Positions 8,676 to 20,384 of a DNA stretch of 64,000 bases are shown here, one piece after another. A model generated the notes under the pieces. That model ran no database searches and had not been told where the DNA came from. It was given only the letters and a program-made list of their open reading frames with translations. Source of the DNA: Eubacteriales bacterium (GTDB lineage Bacteria; Bacillota; Clostridia; Oscillospirales; CAG-272); NCBI GenBank assembly GCA_045580085.1, contig JAZNND010000014.1, positions 9,498 to 73,497 of the forward strand, given 5' to 3'. How positions within the stretch are numbered: the stretch's first letter is position 1; each line of letters begins with the position of its first letter. The position numbers and the translations under genes are program-made.

Positions 8676-11600
8676 TTGCTTGAGCTCTTAAACATCAAAA
8701 AGGATTATCCCACCGGAAATGAAACGGTGCATGCCTTGAAAGGCGTCAGTATCCGTTTTCGCAAGTCGGAATTTGTTTCTATACTCGGTCCTTCCGGCTG
8801 CGGAAAAACGACCATGCTCAACATCATCGGCGGTCTCGACGGTTATACCGAAGGAGATCTTGTCATCAACGGAAAATCCACCAAGGAATATAAGGACAGA
8901 GATTGGGATACCTATCGCAACCATTCTGTAGGCTTTGTGTTCCAAAGCTATAACCTGATTCCTCACCAAACGGTGCTTGGAAATGTTGAGCTTGCTTTGA
9001 CGCTTTCGGGTGTTTCCAAAGCGGAGCGCAGAGAGCGCGCGGCAAAAGCACTTGCCGCTGTGGGACTTGGCGACCAGCTCAAAAAGAAGCCGAGCGAAAT
9101 GTCGGGCGGACAGATGCAACGCGTTGCTATCGCACGCGCATTGGTCAACAACCCCGATATCATTCTTGCCGATGAGCCTACGGGTGCCTTGGATACCGAA
9201 ACGAGCGTTCAGGTGATGGAGATTCTTAAAGAAGTCTCTAAGGACCGCCTTGTCGTTATGGTTACGCACAACCCCGAGCTTGCCGAGCAGTATTCCTCCC
9301 GTATTATTCGTATGGTGGACGGTCTTCTGCTTTCCGACAGCAATCCGCTTTCGGAGGAGGAGTACCGAGAAGAGACAGAGGCGGCTCTTGCCGCTGAGAA
9401 TCAAGAGCTTCTTGCGGCAGAGGGAAAGAAATCCCGAAAGCCCAAAAAGCAAAAAAAGCCGTCCATGTCCTTTTTCACGGCATTTATGCTTTCTTTGAAG
9501 AATCTGATTACCAAAAAAGGAAGAACGACGCTCACCGCTTTTGCGGGCAGTATCGGTATCATCGGTATCGCGTTGATTCTTTCGGTTTCGCAAGGCATGA
9601 GTGCTTATATCGCGCATGTGCAAGAGACGACGCTCTCTTCCTATCCGTTGACACTCGAAGAAACCAATGTGAATATCTCAGCCCTTATGGAAAGCTTTAT
9701 GGGCGTGGGAGAAGATCGAGTGGAGCATCCGAACGATGCGGTTTATAAGGATCCCATCATTGCCGAACTTGTGGAAGCACTCAGTAAAATGGAGGTCAAT
9801 CAAAACGACCTTGCCGCTTTTAAAACGTATTTGGAAGCCGAAATGGCAAAAGAGGACTCTCCCTTGAAGGGTGCCATCAACGGTATTCAATACACATATG
9901 CGCTAAACTTAGCGATCTACACCAAAAACTTGGAAGGTCAGATCATTAAATCCGATGTGAATGAGCTTATGATGGAGATGATCGGTGACTATATGATGGC
10001 AGTCGGCGCTTCGGGCGGCGGTATGTCCGCGGCGTCCGGCGATTCTTCCCAGTCCTCCGGTATGGGCGGCGGCATGTTCTCCATGATGGGCGGTGTCAAT
10101 ATGTGGCAAGAGCTTTTGCCCGGACTTGAGGTGGGCGATGCCATCAATGACACCATCGAAGAGCAGTACGAGCTGGTGCACGGCACATGGCCCAACGAGA
10201 AGGATGAGATCGTTTTGATCCTCAACGAAAACAATGAGATCGACGATTTAACGCTTTACGCGCTTGGACTTCTCAGCAAAGCGGATATCGATGCCATCAT
10301 CAATGCGGCGGCAAGCGGTACAACCCTTCCTCCCGATGATAAGCACTGGTCGTATGATGAGATCTGCAATATGACCTTCAGAACCATCTTCCCCTATGAT
10401 TTCTATACCGAAATTGGCGGTGTTTGGGTGGATGCGAGTGAAAGCGAAAACATTCTTAAAATGCTGTATAACGATGCCATGGAGCTGCGTGTGGTCGGTA
10501 TCATCCGCCCCGATCCCGATGCGGAGAACGCCATGCTGAGAGGCACCATCGGCTATACGCATATGCTGACAGAGCACATCATTCTTTCGGCGGCGAACAG
10601 CGACGTTGTGAAAGCACAGCTCGCAAACCCCGATATTGATGTTCTGACAGGGCTCCCCTTTGAGTCTACCACGGGCAATCTTTCGTTAGAAGAAAAAGCG
10701 GAAGCCTTCCGTCTTTATGTCGCAAGTCTTCCCGAAAAAGACAGAGCGCGTGTGTATTTTGACATTCAGTGTCTGATTGCACAACGCACGGATAATGCGC
10801 TTGAGAATGGTGTGAACGGTATTTTGGCTACCATGACCGACAAGGACGCGATCGTGGAACAGCTGACTGCCGTGCTTGCCGGTGAAATGGGAGGCGGTGC
10901 GGACAAAATCCGTGTATATCTTGCCGCTATGTCGCTTGAAGAGCTGCAAGAAATGATGCGTCCCGGTGTAGAAGAGCAGGTAAAGGCCCATATCGCCATG
11001 CAAGTGGAAATGGCGATGGGCAATATGGGGCTTGCGGACGATGCTTCGCGTGCCTCAGCACTTGAGCTTTTCATGTCAAGTGCCGATGAGGAAAGCCTTG
11101 CGCTCTACTATGATGAGATCACGGAATTTTCCGAAAACACCTATGAAGAGACCATGAAAAAACTCGGAAACTTGGATCTTTCTTCGCCCTCCGGCATCAA
11201 TTTGTATGCGACGAGCTTTGAAAATAAGGATGTTATTGTTGCCGCAATTGATCGGTATAACGCGGGTGTTGCCGAGGAACAAAGAATTTCTTATACCGAT
11301 TATCTCGGTATTATGATGTCCTCCATCACCACCATCATCAATGCCATTACCTATGTTTTGGTGGCGTTTGTGGCGATCTCTCTTGTGGTGTCCTCCATTA
11401 TGATCGGTGTTATCACCTTGATCTCGGTGCAAGAGCGAACCAAAGAGATTGGTATTTTGCGTGCCATCGGTGCTTCCAAACGCAACGTTTCGAGCATGTT
11501 CAATGCAGAGACTGTGATCGTCGGTTTGGCAGCGGGGCTTCTTGGCGTTTTGGTCACGTATCTTTTGTGCATCCCCATCAATTTGATTTTGTATTCCTTG

Positions 11601-11750
11601 ACGGGGCTTGCTAACCTGAAAGCCGTTCTTCCCATTGGTGCGGCAGTGATTCTTGTTGCCATCAGCGTGCTTTTGACGCTCATCTCGGGTATTATTCCTT
11701 CGAGAAGTGCGGCAAAGAAGGACCCTGTTGTGGCACTTCGAACGGAATAA
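8676..11750 (+). CDS. Fused ABC ATPase/FtsX-type permease (MacB-like)
   Basis: Walker A GPSGCGKT, signature MSGGQ, '[11 protein letters not shown]'. C-terminal '[21 protein letters not shown]' and 'DPVVALRTE'. Confidence 0.93.
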   Translation: MLELLNIKKDYPTGNETVHALKGVSIRFRKSEFVSILGPSGCGKTTMLNIIGGLDGYTEGDLVINGKSTKEYKDRDWDTYRNHSVGFVFQSYNLIPHQTVLGNVELALTLSGVSKAERRERAAKALAAVGLGDQLKKKPSEMSGGQMQRVAIARALVNNPDIILADEPTGALDTETSVQVMEILKEVSKDRLVVMVTHNPELAEQYSSRIIRMVDGLLLSDSNPLSEEEYREETEAALAAENQELLAAEGKKSRKPKKQKKPSMSFFTAFMLSLKNLITKKGRTTLTAFAGSIGIIGIALILSVSQGMSAYIAHVQETTLSSYPLTLEETNVNISALMESFMGVGEDRVEHPNDAVYKDPIIAELVEALSKMEVNQNDLAAFKTYLEAEMAKEDSPLKGAINGIQYTYALNLAIYTKNLEGQIIKSDVNELMMEMIGDYMMAVGASGGGMSAASGDSSQSSGMGGGMFSMMGGVNMWQELLPGLEVGDAINDTIEEQYELVHGTWPNEKDEIVLILNENNEIDDLTLYALGLLSKADIDAIINAAASGTTLPPDDKHWSYDEICNMTFRTIFPYDFYTEIGGVWVDASESENILKMLYNDAMELRVVGIIRPDPDAENAMLRGTIGYTHMLTEHIILSAANSDVVKAQLANPDIDVLTGLPFESTTGNLSLEEKAEAFRLYVASLPEKDRARVYFDIQCLIAQRTDNALENGVNGILATMTDKDAIVEQLTAVLAGEMGGGADKIRVYLAAMSLEELQEMMRPGVEEQVKAHIAMQVEMAMGNMGLADDASRASALELFMSSADEESLALYYDEITEFSENTYEETMKKLGNLDLSSPSGINLYATSFENKDVIVAAIDRYNAGVAEEQRISYTDYLGIMMSSITTIINAITYVLVAFVAISLVVSSIMIGVITLISVQERTKEIGILRAIGASKRNVSSMFNAETVIVGLAAGLLGVLVTYLLCIPINLILYSLTGLANLKAVLPIGAAVILVAISVLLTLISGIIPSRSAAKKDPVVALRTE

Positions 11751-11772
11751 ACCTCAAAAATCAATTTTAAAA

Positions 11773-11810
11773 ACGGGCTGTTTCTTGCGAGACAGTCCGT
11801 TCTGTTTTTT
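11773..11810. terminator. Bidirectional terminator, GGGCTGTCT-family hairpin
   Basis: ACGGGCTGTTTC-TTGC-GAGACAGTCCGT with A- and T-rich flanks. Confidence 0.7.
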
Positions 11811-11847
11811 CAGTGTTTTAAGTGAATAAGCTCTTTAAGCGTAATGG

Positions 11848-12597
11848 CTAGGAAAGATGCATGGTTTGCGAGGGCGACATCCCGTAATACCGTTTGTAGG
11901 CGCGGCTGAACTGATAAATATCGGAATAACCCACGCGGACAGCCACTTCGCGGATCGGGCGTTTTTCATCAAGCAAGAGCCGCGCCATTTTCATGCGAAC
12001 ATCGGTGATCGTGCGGAAAGGGGTTGCATGTACATGCTTTTCAAACAATTTTCTCAAATAGATCTCGCTGATAAAGCAGTGCTCGGCGATCTCTTTTACC
12101 GTAAGGGCGGGATCGTGATACCGCGTTTTGATATAATCCAAGGCGGCATCTACGGTGCGGTCAGTGGCACGCTTTTCTTCTTTTCCGAAAAGACGCGCGG
12201 CGAGTGCGTAAAGATCTTCCATTAAAAGAAAAGATGCGCACAATGAAGAGGAGCTTACATGGGATAGAATTCTTTGTTGGTATTCCTTTGCCGTTTCTGC
12301 GGAGACGGCGCACAGAGAGCAGGGCGCACCGCCGCTATGCTGGGTATAGAAATTAAAAACATAGCTTTCCGCGTTTTCCAAGCACTCGTTGCGGTAGGTA
12401 AGCCCTTGCGGCAAATAAACGGCATGCTCGGGATCTGCCGTTACCTCGCCTTTTTCGGAGCTAAAACGGATTCTACCTTTCAGCGTGAGAATAAAACACG
12501 CCGATTTGCGATCCTTATAATCCTTGATTTTTCCTTTTTCGTCTTGGACGGAAAAAGCCGCGGCGAAGCCTGTGATGATGAAACCTTCGCTTTTCAT
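11848..12597 (-). CDS. AraC family transcriptional regulator
   Basis: C-terminal 'IREVAVRVGYSDIYQFSRAYKRYYGMSP'. Confidence 0.92.
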   Translation of the reverse strand: MKSEGFIITGFAAAFSVQDEKGKIKDYKDRKSACFILTLKGRIRFSSEKGEVTADPEHAVYLPQGLTYRNECLENAESYVFNFYTQHSGGAPCSLCAVSAETAKEYQQRILSHVSSSSLCASFLLMEDLYALAARLFGKEEKRATDRTVDAALDYIKTRYHDPALTVKEIAEHCFISEIYLRKLFEKHVHATPFRTITDVRMKMARLLLDEKRPIREVAVRVGYSDIYQFSRAYKRYYGMSPSQTMHLS

Positions 12598-12792
12598 AGC
12601 GGTGCCCCCTCTTTTTTATTCGATACGGATATTTTAGCATAAAGTGTAGAAAGAGTCAAGAAAACTTGGAAATATATCTGAAATAAGTATTGTTTCAGCT
12701 AAAAATTGTATCGATACAGACATGGCTTTTTTCTTTCCTTCAAAGTATAATGGAATGGGGGAAACCCTAAAAAGAAAAAAGAGGATATAAAG

Positions 12793-13530
12793 ATGAATTT
12801 TAAAGGTAAAACGGCATGTGTCACGGGTGCAGCAGTGGGAATCGGAAGGGCTGTTGCATTAGAACTCGCCAAACTTGGTGCGGCTGTGGTTCTTTGGGAC
12901 GTGGATCAAAAAAATCTGGAGCTGCTTCAAGAAGAGCTACGAGAAATCGGTGCGGAAGTTCTTTCTTCTGTTTGCGACGTCAGTGACGAAAAAAGTGTGG
13001 CCGAAGCGGCAGAAAAGGCCATTGCCCATTTTGGTAAAGTGGATATCTTGGTGAACAACGCGGCTCTTTGGCGAGAATGGAGTTCTTTTACGGAAATTTC
13101 CACCGAACAATGGAAAAGATATTTTGATATCAATGTCATGGGAACGGTATACGCCACGCGCGCGTTTTTGCCCGGTATGATAGAAAGAGAATACGGCAGA
13201 GTGATCAATGTGGCGTCTGTTGCAGGTGTGTACGGAAACGCCAAGATGGTGTGCTATTCGGCAACCAAGGGTGCGATCATTTCCATGACCAAGGCTTTGG
13301 CAAAAGAAGTGGCGGATAAGGGCGTGCTTGTCAACGCCGTTTCGCCGGGAAGCGTTTCGCCCTCGAACGAGCGCGATATTGATTTTACCAAGCCCTCCGA
13401 GCTTTCTTTTATGGGCAGGACGGGCTCGGACAGAGAGAATGCGAATTTGATCGTCTTTTTGGCGTCGGATGAGGCAAGTTACATCTCCGCGCAGAACATT
13501 CAAATTGACGGCTGCAGAAAAAAGCAATGA
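12793..13530 (+). CDS. Short-chain dehydrogenase/reductase (SDR)
   Basis: TGAAVGIG, NNAA, catalytic YSATK. Confidence 0.93.
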   Translation: MNFKGKTACVTGAAVGIGRAVALELAKLGAAVVLWDVDQKNLELLQEELREIGAEVLSSVCDVSDEKSVAEAAEKAIAHFGKVDILVNNAALWREWSSFTEISTEQWKRYFDINVMGTVYATRAFLPGMIEREYGRVINVASVAGVYGNAKMVCYSATKGAIISMTKALAKEVADKGVLVNAVSPGSVSPSNERDIDFTKPSELSFMGRTGSDRENANLIVFLASDEASYISAQNIQIDGCRKKQ

Positions 13531-13621
13531 TAGGAAGGTTTTCGGCGAGAATTTGAGCTTGTATTGACAAAACGGAAAAAAAGGGGTAAAATAAGCAAAA
13601 AGAAGTAGGGAGAATCGGTAT

Positions 13622-16225
13622 ATGGAAAAAAGACTTCACGATTGTCTTACCGATCGGTATGAAAGCCGACAGTTTCCGTTTTTGTGGCTCCACGGAGATG
13701 AAAGTCATGAACGCATCAAAGAGGAGATCTTGGCGATCAAAAATTGCGGCTTTCGAGCTTTTTGTGTAGAAAGCCGACCTTATGAAAAATTCTGTGAAGA
13801 GCCTTGGTGGCGGGATATGGGTTTTATTCTCGAAACGGCACGTACACACGGTATGAAGGTGTGGTTGCTCGATGATAAGCATTTTCCCACAGGTTACGCT
13901 TCGGGCTTTTTTGAAAAAGAAGAAAACGCGTATTTGCGCAAAAAAATGATCCGCGAGGTGCAAGCCGAAGCGGTAGGCCCGATCCGCCGATGCAAGGTCG
14001 ATGTGGCTGGGTGGATCGATCCTTCCCGCGAGAAGATCATTTCGGTGATCGCGTATCCTCATTTGGAGGGCGGAGAGCGCTTGGACGCATCGGGTGCTTT
14101 GGATTTGACACCCACACTCTCGGCGGACGGAACGGTTTATTTTGATTTGCCTCAAGGCGTCTATCGTGTTTGTACCTTGATCGAAACAGACGGCGCGGGA
14201 GATCACGTATGCGCCGCCTCTTATATCGATATGCTCAACCGTGCATCTTGTGAAGCAATGCTTAAAGCGGTTTATATTCCGCATTATGAACATTTTTCGT
14301 CGTATTTCGGCGAAACCTTTGTAGGCTTTTTCTCGGATGAACCGGGCTTTCTTAACCGCACGGGCACCTATCACAATACCCTCGGTATCTTTGGGGAAAA
14401 ATATCCTTGGCGCAGTGACTTATCGCGCTTGATCGCACAAAGCGCAGGTGTTACGGAAGAAAAAGTGCGGCTTTTGCTTCCTGCGCTTTGGGAGAATGTG
14501 GGAGAAGAAACTTCGCTTATTCGGATGCATTATATGGAGGTCGTTTCGAAGCTTTACCGCGAAAACTTCAGTTTCTTGCTGGGAGACTTTTGCCGTGAGC
14601 ACGGAGTGATGTATGTCGGTCATGTCATCGAGGATCAAGATGCACACATGCGTCTCGGTTACGGAAGCGGCCATTATTTCCGCGCGCTTGACGGGCAGGA
14701 TATGGCAGGAATTGATATCGTTTTGACGCAGGATATTCCGGGGCTTGGTGACCGTGTGCATCGAGGACCTGCTTGCGATGAGGGGCGTTTTGACGGATCC
14801 TTCTTCCGCTATACCCTCCCGAAGCTTGCTGCCTCTCACGCGCACATTGATCCTTTGAAAAAGGGCCGTGCCATGTGTGAGATTTTCGGCGCATTCGGAT
14901 GGGCAGAAGGACTTTCTTATATGAGAGGGCTTGCCGATATTATGATCGCGTCGGGCGTGCACTATTTTGTGCCGCATGCTTTTTCCGCTAAGGCGGAAGA
15001 TCCCGACTGCCCACCGCATTTTTATAACGGCGGCAACTATGTGCATTACGGTCTTTTTCCGCGCCTTGTCGCTTATATGGATCGCCTTTCGCATCTTTTT
15101 GCTGACAGCGTGCATAAAGCGGATGTGGCAGTATTTTACAATGCTGAAGGCGAGTGGACGGGCAAAAAGAATCAACCTTTCCGCACGGTTTGCACCTGCT
15201 TGACGCAAAACTTAATTGATTTTGACATTTTGCCGTTTGACGTGCTTGTAAATGCCAAAGTGAAGGACTGTCGCCTGATTGTGGGAGAAGAGAGCTATGG
15301 CGCGCTGATCATTTCCGAGAGCGCATGTTTGCCTTATGACCGCTTGGCGGTGTTTGCCCGTTTGGCAGACGAGGGGCTTCCCATCCTCTTCACCGAAAGC
15401 TTGCCGCACAGCTCTGCCGAAGGCAAGGATATTACAGAACTTTTGCCTCGGTATACTGTTTCAAAGACCTTGACACTGGCATCTCTTTTGAGGAAAAAGG
15501 GACTTGCGGCACTGAAGGGAGACACCCCTTCGCCTTTCCGTTTTTACCGCGCGGAACGGGGCAAGACGCATCTTTATCTTTTCTCTAACGAGCATGTTAC
15601 GGAAAACGCGCCCCTGTCGCTTTCCTTGCCCGAAACGGACGGTGCATGTTTGATTTACGACGCTTGGGATAATAAGCTTTATCAAACGGAACTGAAAAAA
15701 GGCAAAATTTCCTTACTGATCGAAAAAGGCAATACCTTGGTGCTTATCTTCGGAGAAGAGATTCCCGAGGGCACCCCTGTGTTTACCGAGGAGAAAGCGC
15801 GTGTGCCGCTTGCTTTGCGCTACGATATTGCCTTGATGCAAGAAGGTGAGACGGATTTCACCGATTACGCTTTGCAAAGCGATCTGATCGATATCACTGC
15901 CCCCGATCGTTTGCCCTCCTTCAGCGGAAAGGTGCGTTATCGCGCACGTTTTTCTTGCGAAGAGGGGTACACCGTTCTCGACCTCGGGCAGGTCGGAGAG
16001 ACTGCCGAGGTTTGGCTTAATGGGGTATACCTTGGCGTAAGGATTAACGCGCCCTATAAATTCTCCCTGCTTGAGGGGTTAAAAGACGGCGAAAATGAGC
16101 TTGAGGTTGTTGTGAGTGGCAATGCGGCGCACAAAAGGAGAGACTATTTTTCACGGTTTATCTTTATGCCTCCTACGGGCATCATGGGGGATGTCGCACT
16201 TTGTAAATACGGAAAAAGTAAATAA
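13622..16225 (+). CDS. Glycoside hydrolase, GH106-like (alpha-L-rhamnosidase-like), with C-terminal GH2-type sugar-binding domain
   Basis: 'GMKVWLLDDKHFPTG', 'FFSDEP', 'MCEIFGAFGW', and C-terminal 'LDLGQVGETAEVWLNG...APYKF...GENELEVVV'. Confidence 0.75.
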   Translation: MEKRLHDCLTDRYESRQFPFLWLHGDESHERIKEEILAIKNCGFRAFCVESRPYEKFCEEPWWRDMGFILETARTHGMKVWLLDDKHFPTGYASGFFEKEENAYLRKKMIREVQAEAVGPIRRCKVDVAGWIDPSREKIISVIAYPHLEGGERLDASGALDLTPTLSADGTVYFDLPQGVYRVCTLIETDGAGDHVCAASYIDMLNRASCEAMLKAVYIPHYEHFSSYFGETFVGFFSDEPGFLNRTGTYHNTLGIFGEKYPWRSDLSRLIAQSAGVTEEKVRLLLPALWENVGEETSLIRMHYMEVVSKLYRENFSFLLGDFCREHGVMYVGHVIEDQDAHMRLGYGSGHYFRALDGQDMAGIDIVLTQDIPGLGDRVHRGPACDEGRFDGSFFRYTLPKLAASHAHIDPLKKGRAMCEIFGAFGWAEGLSYMRGLADIMIASGVHYFVPHAFSAKAEDPDCPPHFYNGGNYVHYGLFPRLVAYMDRLSHLFADSVHKADVAVFYNAEGEWTGKKNQPFRTVCTCLTQNLIDFDILPFDVLVNAKVKDCRLIVGEESYGALIISESACLPYDRLAVFARLADEGLPILFTESLPHSSAEGKDITELLPRYTVSKTLTLASLLRKKGLAALKGDTPSPFRFYRAERGKTHLYLFSNEHVTENAPLSLSLPETDGACLIYDAWDNKLYQTELKKGKISLLIEKGNTLVLIFGEEIPEGTPVFTEEKARVPLALRYDIALMQEGETDFTDYALQSDLIDITAPDRLPSFSGKVRYRARFSCEEGYTVLDLGQVGETAEVWLNGVYLGVRINAPYKFSLLEGLKDGENELEVVVSGNAAHKRRDYFSRFIFMPPTGIMGDVALCKYGKSK

Positions 16226-16280
16226 ATGTTTGCAAAAAGGTTGCCCGCGTGGGCAACCCGAAAAGGCATGGAATGATGCT

Positions 16281-17018
16281 CTATATTCCTCTGTTTTTTC
16301 GATAATCACGGGGCGCGACACCCGCTTTCGATTTAAACACGTTGCTGAAATAGTAGGGATTTTCATAACCGCATCGGGCGGCGATGTGTGTAACGGAAAA
16401 GTCTGTTGTGCTTAAAAGCGTTTGCGCTTTGGCAAACCGCATGTCCTCTAAATACGCCATGGGCGTTTTTCCCGTGTGCTTTTTGAAATGATGGATGAGC
16501 CCCGAAGGGGATAAACAAACCTTTTGGGCAAGCGCATCGAGTGATATTTTTTTGTGTAAGTGCTTTTCAAAATAGGTACGGACGGTGCGAACGGTTTTGT
16601 CCGAAGTATGCACAAGCTTTAGCAAATGCTCCGCTTCCGCTTGCGCGAAAAGATCGGCAAGAACGGTGTTCTTTAATTCCGTATGCCCTTCAAGCTGATC
16701 TAAATTTAAAAGCATATGGGCTGTGGCGGTCATACGGTTTTGATCTTCTATTTCGATTTTCCCGACGGGTAACGGATGCCCGTCGGGATTTTTATAACGA
16801 AAATAGTAAAATTCCGCGTGAGTAACGATCTTTCTCTCAAAGGTGACATCATTTGGGAAGCTTAGGAGCATCCCTTTACTTGCGCGCTCTTTGTGACCGT
16901 TGATCTGAAAATCAATTTCGCCTTCCGTAATGAAAAAAACGGAGTGCTCACTGTTGCGCCCCTTTTCCAGCCGAAAGCGGTTTATGGACATGTAGCGGCA
17001 ATCGATCAATTCTTTCAT
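16281..17018 (-). CDS. AraC family transcriptional regulator
   Basis: 'SVTHIAARCGYENPYYFSNVFKSKAGVAPRDYR'. Confidence 0.92.
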   Translation of the reverse strand: MKELIDCRYMSINRFRLEKGRNSEHSVFFITEGEIDFQINGHKERASKGMLLSFPNDVTFERKIVTHAEFYYFRYKNPDGHPLPVGKIEIEDQNRMTATAHMLLNLDQLEGHTELKNTVLADLFAQAEAEHLLKLVHTSDKTVRTVRTYFEKHLHKKISLDALAQKVCLSPSGLIHHFKKHTGKTPMAYLEDMRFAKAQTLLSTTDFSVTHIAARCGYENPYYFSNVFKSKAGVAPRDYRKNRGI

Positions 17019-17182
17019 ATCTTTGTGTATTCCTTTTATAAAAATAGGTATGTTCTTTTTTAAAATTAAAATATTTTATATTTATATTCTAATATATTCC
17101 ATTTACAATGTCAATATTTTATAGTAAAATAAAAATGGAATTCTATTAAAAATGAGCTTTCGGGCGGAAAGGAACATTTACG

Positions 17183-18544
17183 ATGTATCAAACCGGAGAA
17201 CAGTATGATCTTTGTGTCGTCGGAGGAGGCCCTGCGGGGGTATGCGCGGCGATCTGTGCGGCAAGGCTTGGCGTCCGCGTGCTTCTTATCGAGCAGTGCG
17301 GTTTTGCGGGAGGTATGGCAACGGCGGGACTTGTCGGTCCTTTTATGACCTCATATGATGCGAAAGGCGAGCGTATGATCATACGCGGCATTTTTGAAGA
17401 GATTGTTTTGCGCATGGTTGAGCGCGGCTTTGCCATTCATCCGAAGGAGGTGCTTGGCGGCACGGCATTCACGTCTTGGATTAAGATCGGTCACGATCAT
17501 GTTACGCCTTTTGAGGCGGAGGGATTGAAGCTGATCCTTGATGAAATGCTCGAAGAGGCGGGCGTGGATATTCTTTATCACACCTCATTCCTTTCCCCTT
17601 TGATGGAGAAAAATCGAATTGTGGGTGTTCGTGTGGCATCCAAAGCGGGTGAAGAGAATATTTCGGCTCGCATGGTGATCGATGCCACGGGAGACGGCGA
17701 CGTTGCCGCCCGTGCGGGTGTTCCGTATGAAATGGGCAACGAAGAGCTTGGACTCATACAGCCCGCGACGATGTTCTTCCAGCTCTCAAATGTTGACAGC
17801 GATGCCGTTGAAAGAGATATTGAAGCCAACAAAGATAATTTCTATCGCAAGGATGGGGTGAACTACCGTTCGCTTCATTGGCGCGTCAGCGAAGCGAGAG
17901 AGGCGGGAGATTTTACCTTTGACCGTGTGAGCATCGGACTTTTCCGTATGCCCAAAAAGGACGAATGGAGCATCAACACCTCTCGCATTATGAAAGTAGA
18001 CAGCACCGATAATAAGAGCTTGACGAATGCCGAGATTGTGGGCAGAAAACAGGCAGATGAGCTTTTGCGTTTCTTCCGCAAATACGTGCCCGGATGTGAA
18101 AACGCGAGAATCAAAGCCACAGCTTCTCATGTCGGTATTCGTGAGAGCCGTCACATCAAGGGGGACTACCGTCTTACCGCCAAGGATCTTTTGACGTGTA
18201 AAGTGCCCGAGGACAGTGTTTTTGTCGCCGCAAACTCGGTGGATGTGCACGGCAGATTCGGCCCTAAGAGCAATGAATACGTTCCGATTGAGGGCGACTT
18301 TTACGGTGTTCCGTACCGTTCTCTCGTGCCTTTCGGCGTAGAGGGACTTCTTCTTGCCGGCAGATGCCTCAGTGCCGACTCTACCGCCGCAGGTGCCATC
18401 CGCGTGATGCCTCCTTGCATGGCGATGGGCCAAGCGGCAGGAACCGCCGCCGCACTTTGCGTGAAAAACGAGGTTTCGGTCAGAGAGCTTGACATCTCTC
18501 TTTTGAGAAAAACGCTTGCCGATAACGGCGTGGTGTTAGGATAA
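17183..18544 (+). CDS. FAD-dependent oxidoreductase (FAD_oxidored family)
   Basis: 'VVGGGPAG', 'IDATGDGD', 'GIRESRHIKG', 'GVPYRSLVP...AGRCLS...RVMPPCMAMGQAAG'. Confidence 0.9.
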   Translation: MYQTGEQYDLCVVGGGPAGVCAAICAARLGVRVLLIEQCGFAGGMATAGLVGPFMTSYDAKGERMIIRGIFEEIVLRMVERGFAIHPKEVLGGTAFTSWIKIGHDHVTPFEAEGLKLILDEMLEEAGVDILYHTSFLSPLMEKNRIVGVRVASKAGEENISARMVIDATGDGDVAARAGVPYEMGNEELGLIQPATMFFQLSNVDSDAVERDIEANKDNFYRKDGVNYRSLHWRVSEAREAGDFTFDRVSIGLFRMPKKDEWSINTSRIMKVDSTDNKSLTNAEIVGRKQADELLRFFRKYVPGCENARIKATASHVGIRESRHIKGDYRLTAKDLLTCKVPEDSVFVAANSVDVHGRFGPKSNEYVPIEGDFYGVPYRSLVPFGVEGLLLAGRCLSADSTAAGAIRVMPPCMAMGQAAGTAAALCVKNEVSVRELDISLLRKTLADNGVVLG

Positions 18545-18563
18545 AGAGAAAAGGAGAATAGAT

Positions 18564-20363
18564 GTGCTTGAACATTTTCAAAAAATAGAACATGTTTGCG
18601 ATCTTTGTGTTGTCGGCGGAGGGCTTTCGGGTACCATTGCCGCAATTTCGGCGGCGCGCCACGGCGCACGCGTGGTGCTCATACAGGATAGACCGATGCT
18701 CGGCGGAAACGCATCCTCCGAGATCCGCATGTGGGTAAGAGGCGCCAAGGGAATCTATAACCGCGAGGGCGGTGTTTTGGCTGAACTGGAGGAAGAAAAC
18801 ATCTATCGCAATCCCACCCTTGCACCGACCGTATTTGACAGCGTTCTTTACGGTGCCGTCAAGGCGGAAAAGAATATCACGCTTCTTTTGAACGCATCTT
18901 GCTTGGATGCCGAAACCGAAGGGGAGCGTGTCAAGAGTGTCACTGCGTGGCAGTTGACGACCTATACTTCACATCATGTAAGCGCAAAGTATTTTGCCGA
19001 TTGCTCGGGCGACAGCATCTTGGCACCTCTCACGGGCGCGAAGCATCGCATCGGCAGAGAGGCAAGAGACGAATATAACGAAACCATCGGCCCCAAAGTT
19101 GCGGATGGCAAAACGATGGGTATGAGCTTGCTTTTGCAGGCGAAAGAGACCGATCATCCCGTACCCTTCACGCCTCCCGCTTGGGCAAACGTATATGAAA
19201 AGGATGAAGATTTTGCGCTGATTCCTTATATTGAGAGCCAGCATTCTACCTTCCGCGATCACAAGATCGGCACCAGCGGTTGCAATCTTTGGTGGATGGA
19301 ACTTGGCGGCGAGGGACCTGCTATTGTAAATACCGAAGAAACGCGTGACGAGCTTTTGAAGGTTGCCTTCGGTATTTGGGATCACCTTAAAAACCGTGAA
19401 GATCACGGCTATGCCAACTGGGAGCTTGAATGGGTTGGCTTTTTGCCCGGCAAACGGGAATCCGTTCGCTATGAGGGCGCACATGTGCTGACCGAGCACG
19501 ACATTCTTGCCGGCGGTATGTTTGAGGATACGGTAGCCTATGGCGGATGGCCCATGGACGACCATAATCCCAAAGGGATGCTCGCCAAGCCGCCGCATGA
19601 CGAGCCCTCCGTTCTTCACCCCGCACCGTCTCCCTACGGTATTCCTTATCGGTGCTTATATTCCAAAAACATAGAAAATCTCTTTTTTGCAGGGCGTAAC
19701 ATCAGTGCCACCCATGCCGCCATCAGTTCCACGCGTGTGATGGCGACCTGCTCTTTGCTTGGGCAGGCAATGGGTACTGCCGCCGCACTTTGCGCAAGAG
19801 ACGGTATTTTGCCGCGTGAGCTTGCGGGAGAGAGAGTCAAGGAGCTGCAACAAGCTCTTCTTTATGACGGTGTGTTCCTTCCGGGCGTTAAGCGAGAGCC
19901 TTCTTTGCTGACGCAAAAAGCCAAGCTCAATCTTTCGGATGCCGATCGGGAAATTCTTTTGAACGGCACAGACCGCCCGCGCAGTGAAAACGAGCAAAAC
20001 CGTGTTTCTTTCGAAAAGGGTGGGGAACTTGCGTTCGCCTTCGACGAGTCCCAAGAAATTAAGGCAATCCGCCTTTGGCTTGATCCCGATTATTCGAGAG
20101 AATCGGTTTCTCCCAACAAAAAAATGCGCTGGTTCGCGCAGAAGCTTCATACGGGGCTTGATTTTGTTCCCATGACCGTTGCCGCCACGCTTGCCAAGAG
20201 AGTTGCGGTTTATGCCGATGGAGAGATGCTTTGTGCGATGGAAAACATCTATCATTCGCCTTTAACCATTCCCGTAGAAAAGACGGCGAGAGAGATCAAA
20301 ATCGTATTCTGTGAAAACCACGGTGCCGATGATATTGGTATTTTCGGCGTAGATCTTGCTTAA
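18564..20363 (+). CDS. FAD-dependent oxidoreductase (FAD_oxidored family) with C-terminal beta-sandwich extension
   Basis: 'VVGGGLSG', 'LGGNASSEIR', 'DCSGDS', 'GKRESVR', 'AGRNISATHAAISSTRVMATC'. Confidence 0.9.
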   Translation: MLEHFQKIEHVCDLCVVGGGLSGTIAAISAARHGARVVLIQDRPMLGGNASSEIRMWVRGAKGIYNREGGVLAELEEENIYRNPTLAPTVFDSVLYGAVKAEKNITLLLNASCLDAETEGERVKSVTAWQLTTYTSHHVSAKYFADCSGDSILAPLTGAKHRIGREARDEYNETIGPKVADGKTMGMSLLLQAKETDHPVPFTPPAWANVYEKDEDFALIPYIESQHSTFRDHKIGTSGCNLWWMELGGEGPAIVNTEETRDELLKVAFGIWDHLKNREDHGYANWELEWVGFLPGKRESVRYEGAHVLTEHDILAGGMFEDTVAYGGWPMDDHNPKGMLAKPPHDEPSVLHPAPSPYGIPYRCLYSKNIENLFFAGRNISATHAAISSTRVMATCSLLGQAMGTAAALCARDGILPRELAGERVKELQQALLYDGVFLPGVKREPSLLTQKAKLNLSDADREILLNGTDRPRSENEQNRVSFEKGGELAFAFDESQEIKAIRLWLDPDYSRESVSPNKKMRWFAQKLHTGLDFVPMTVAATLAKRVAVYADGEMLCAMENIYHSPLTIPVEKTAREIKIVFCENHGADDIGIFGVDLA

Positions 20364-20384
20364 ATGTAAACATAAAATTGCAAA

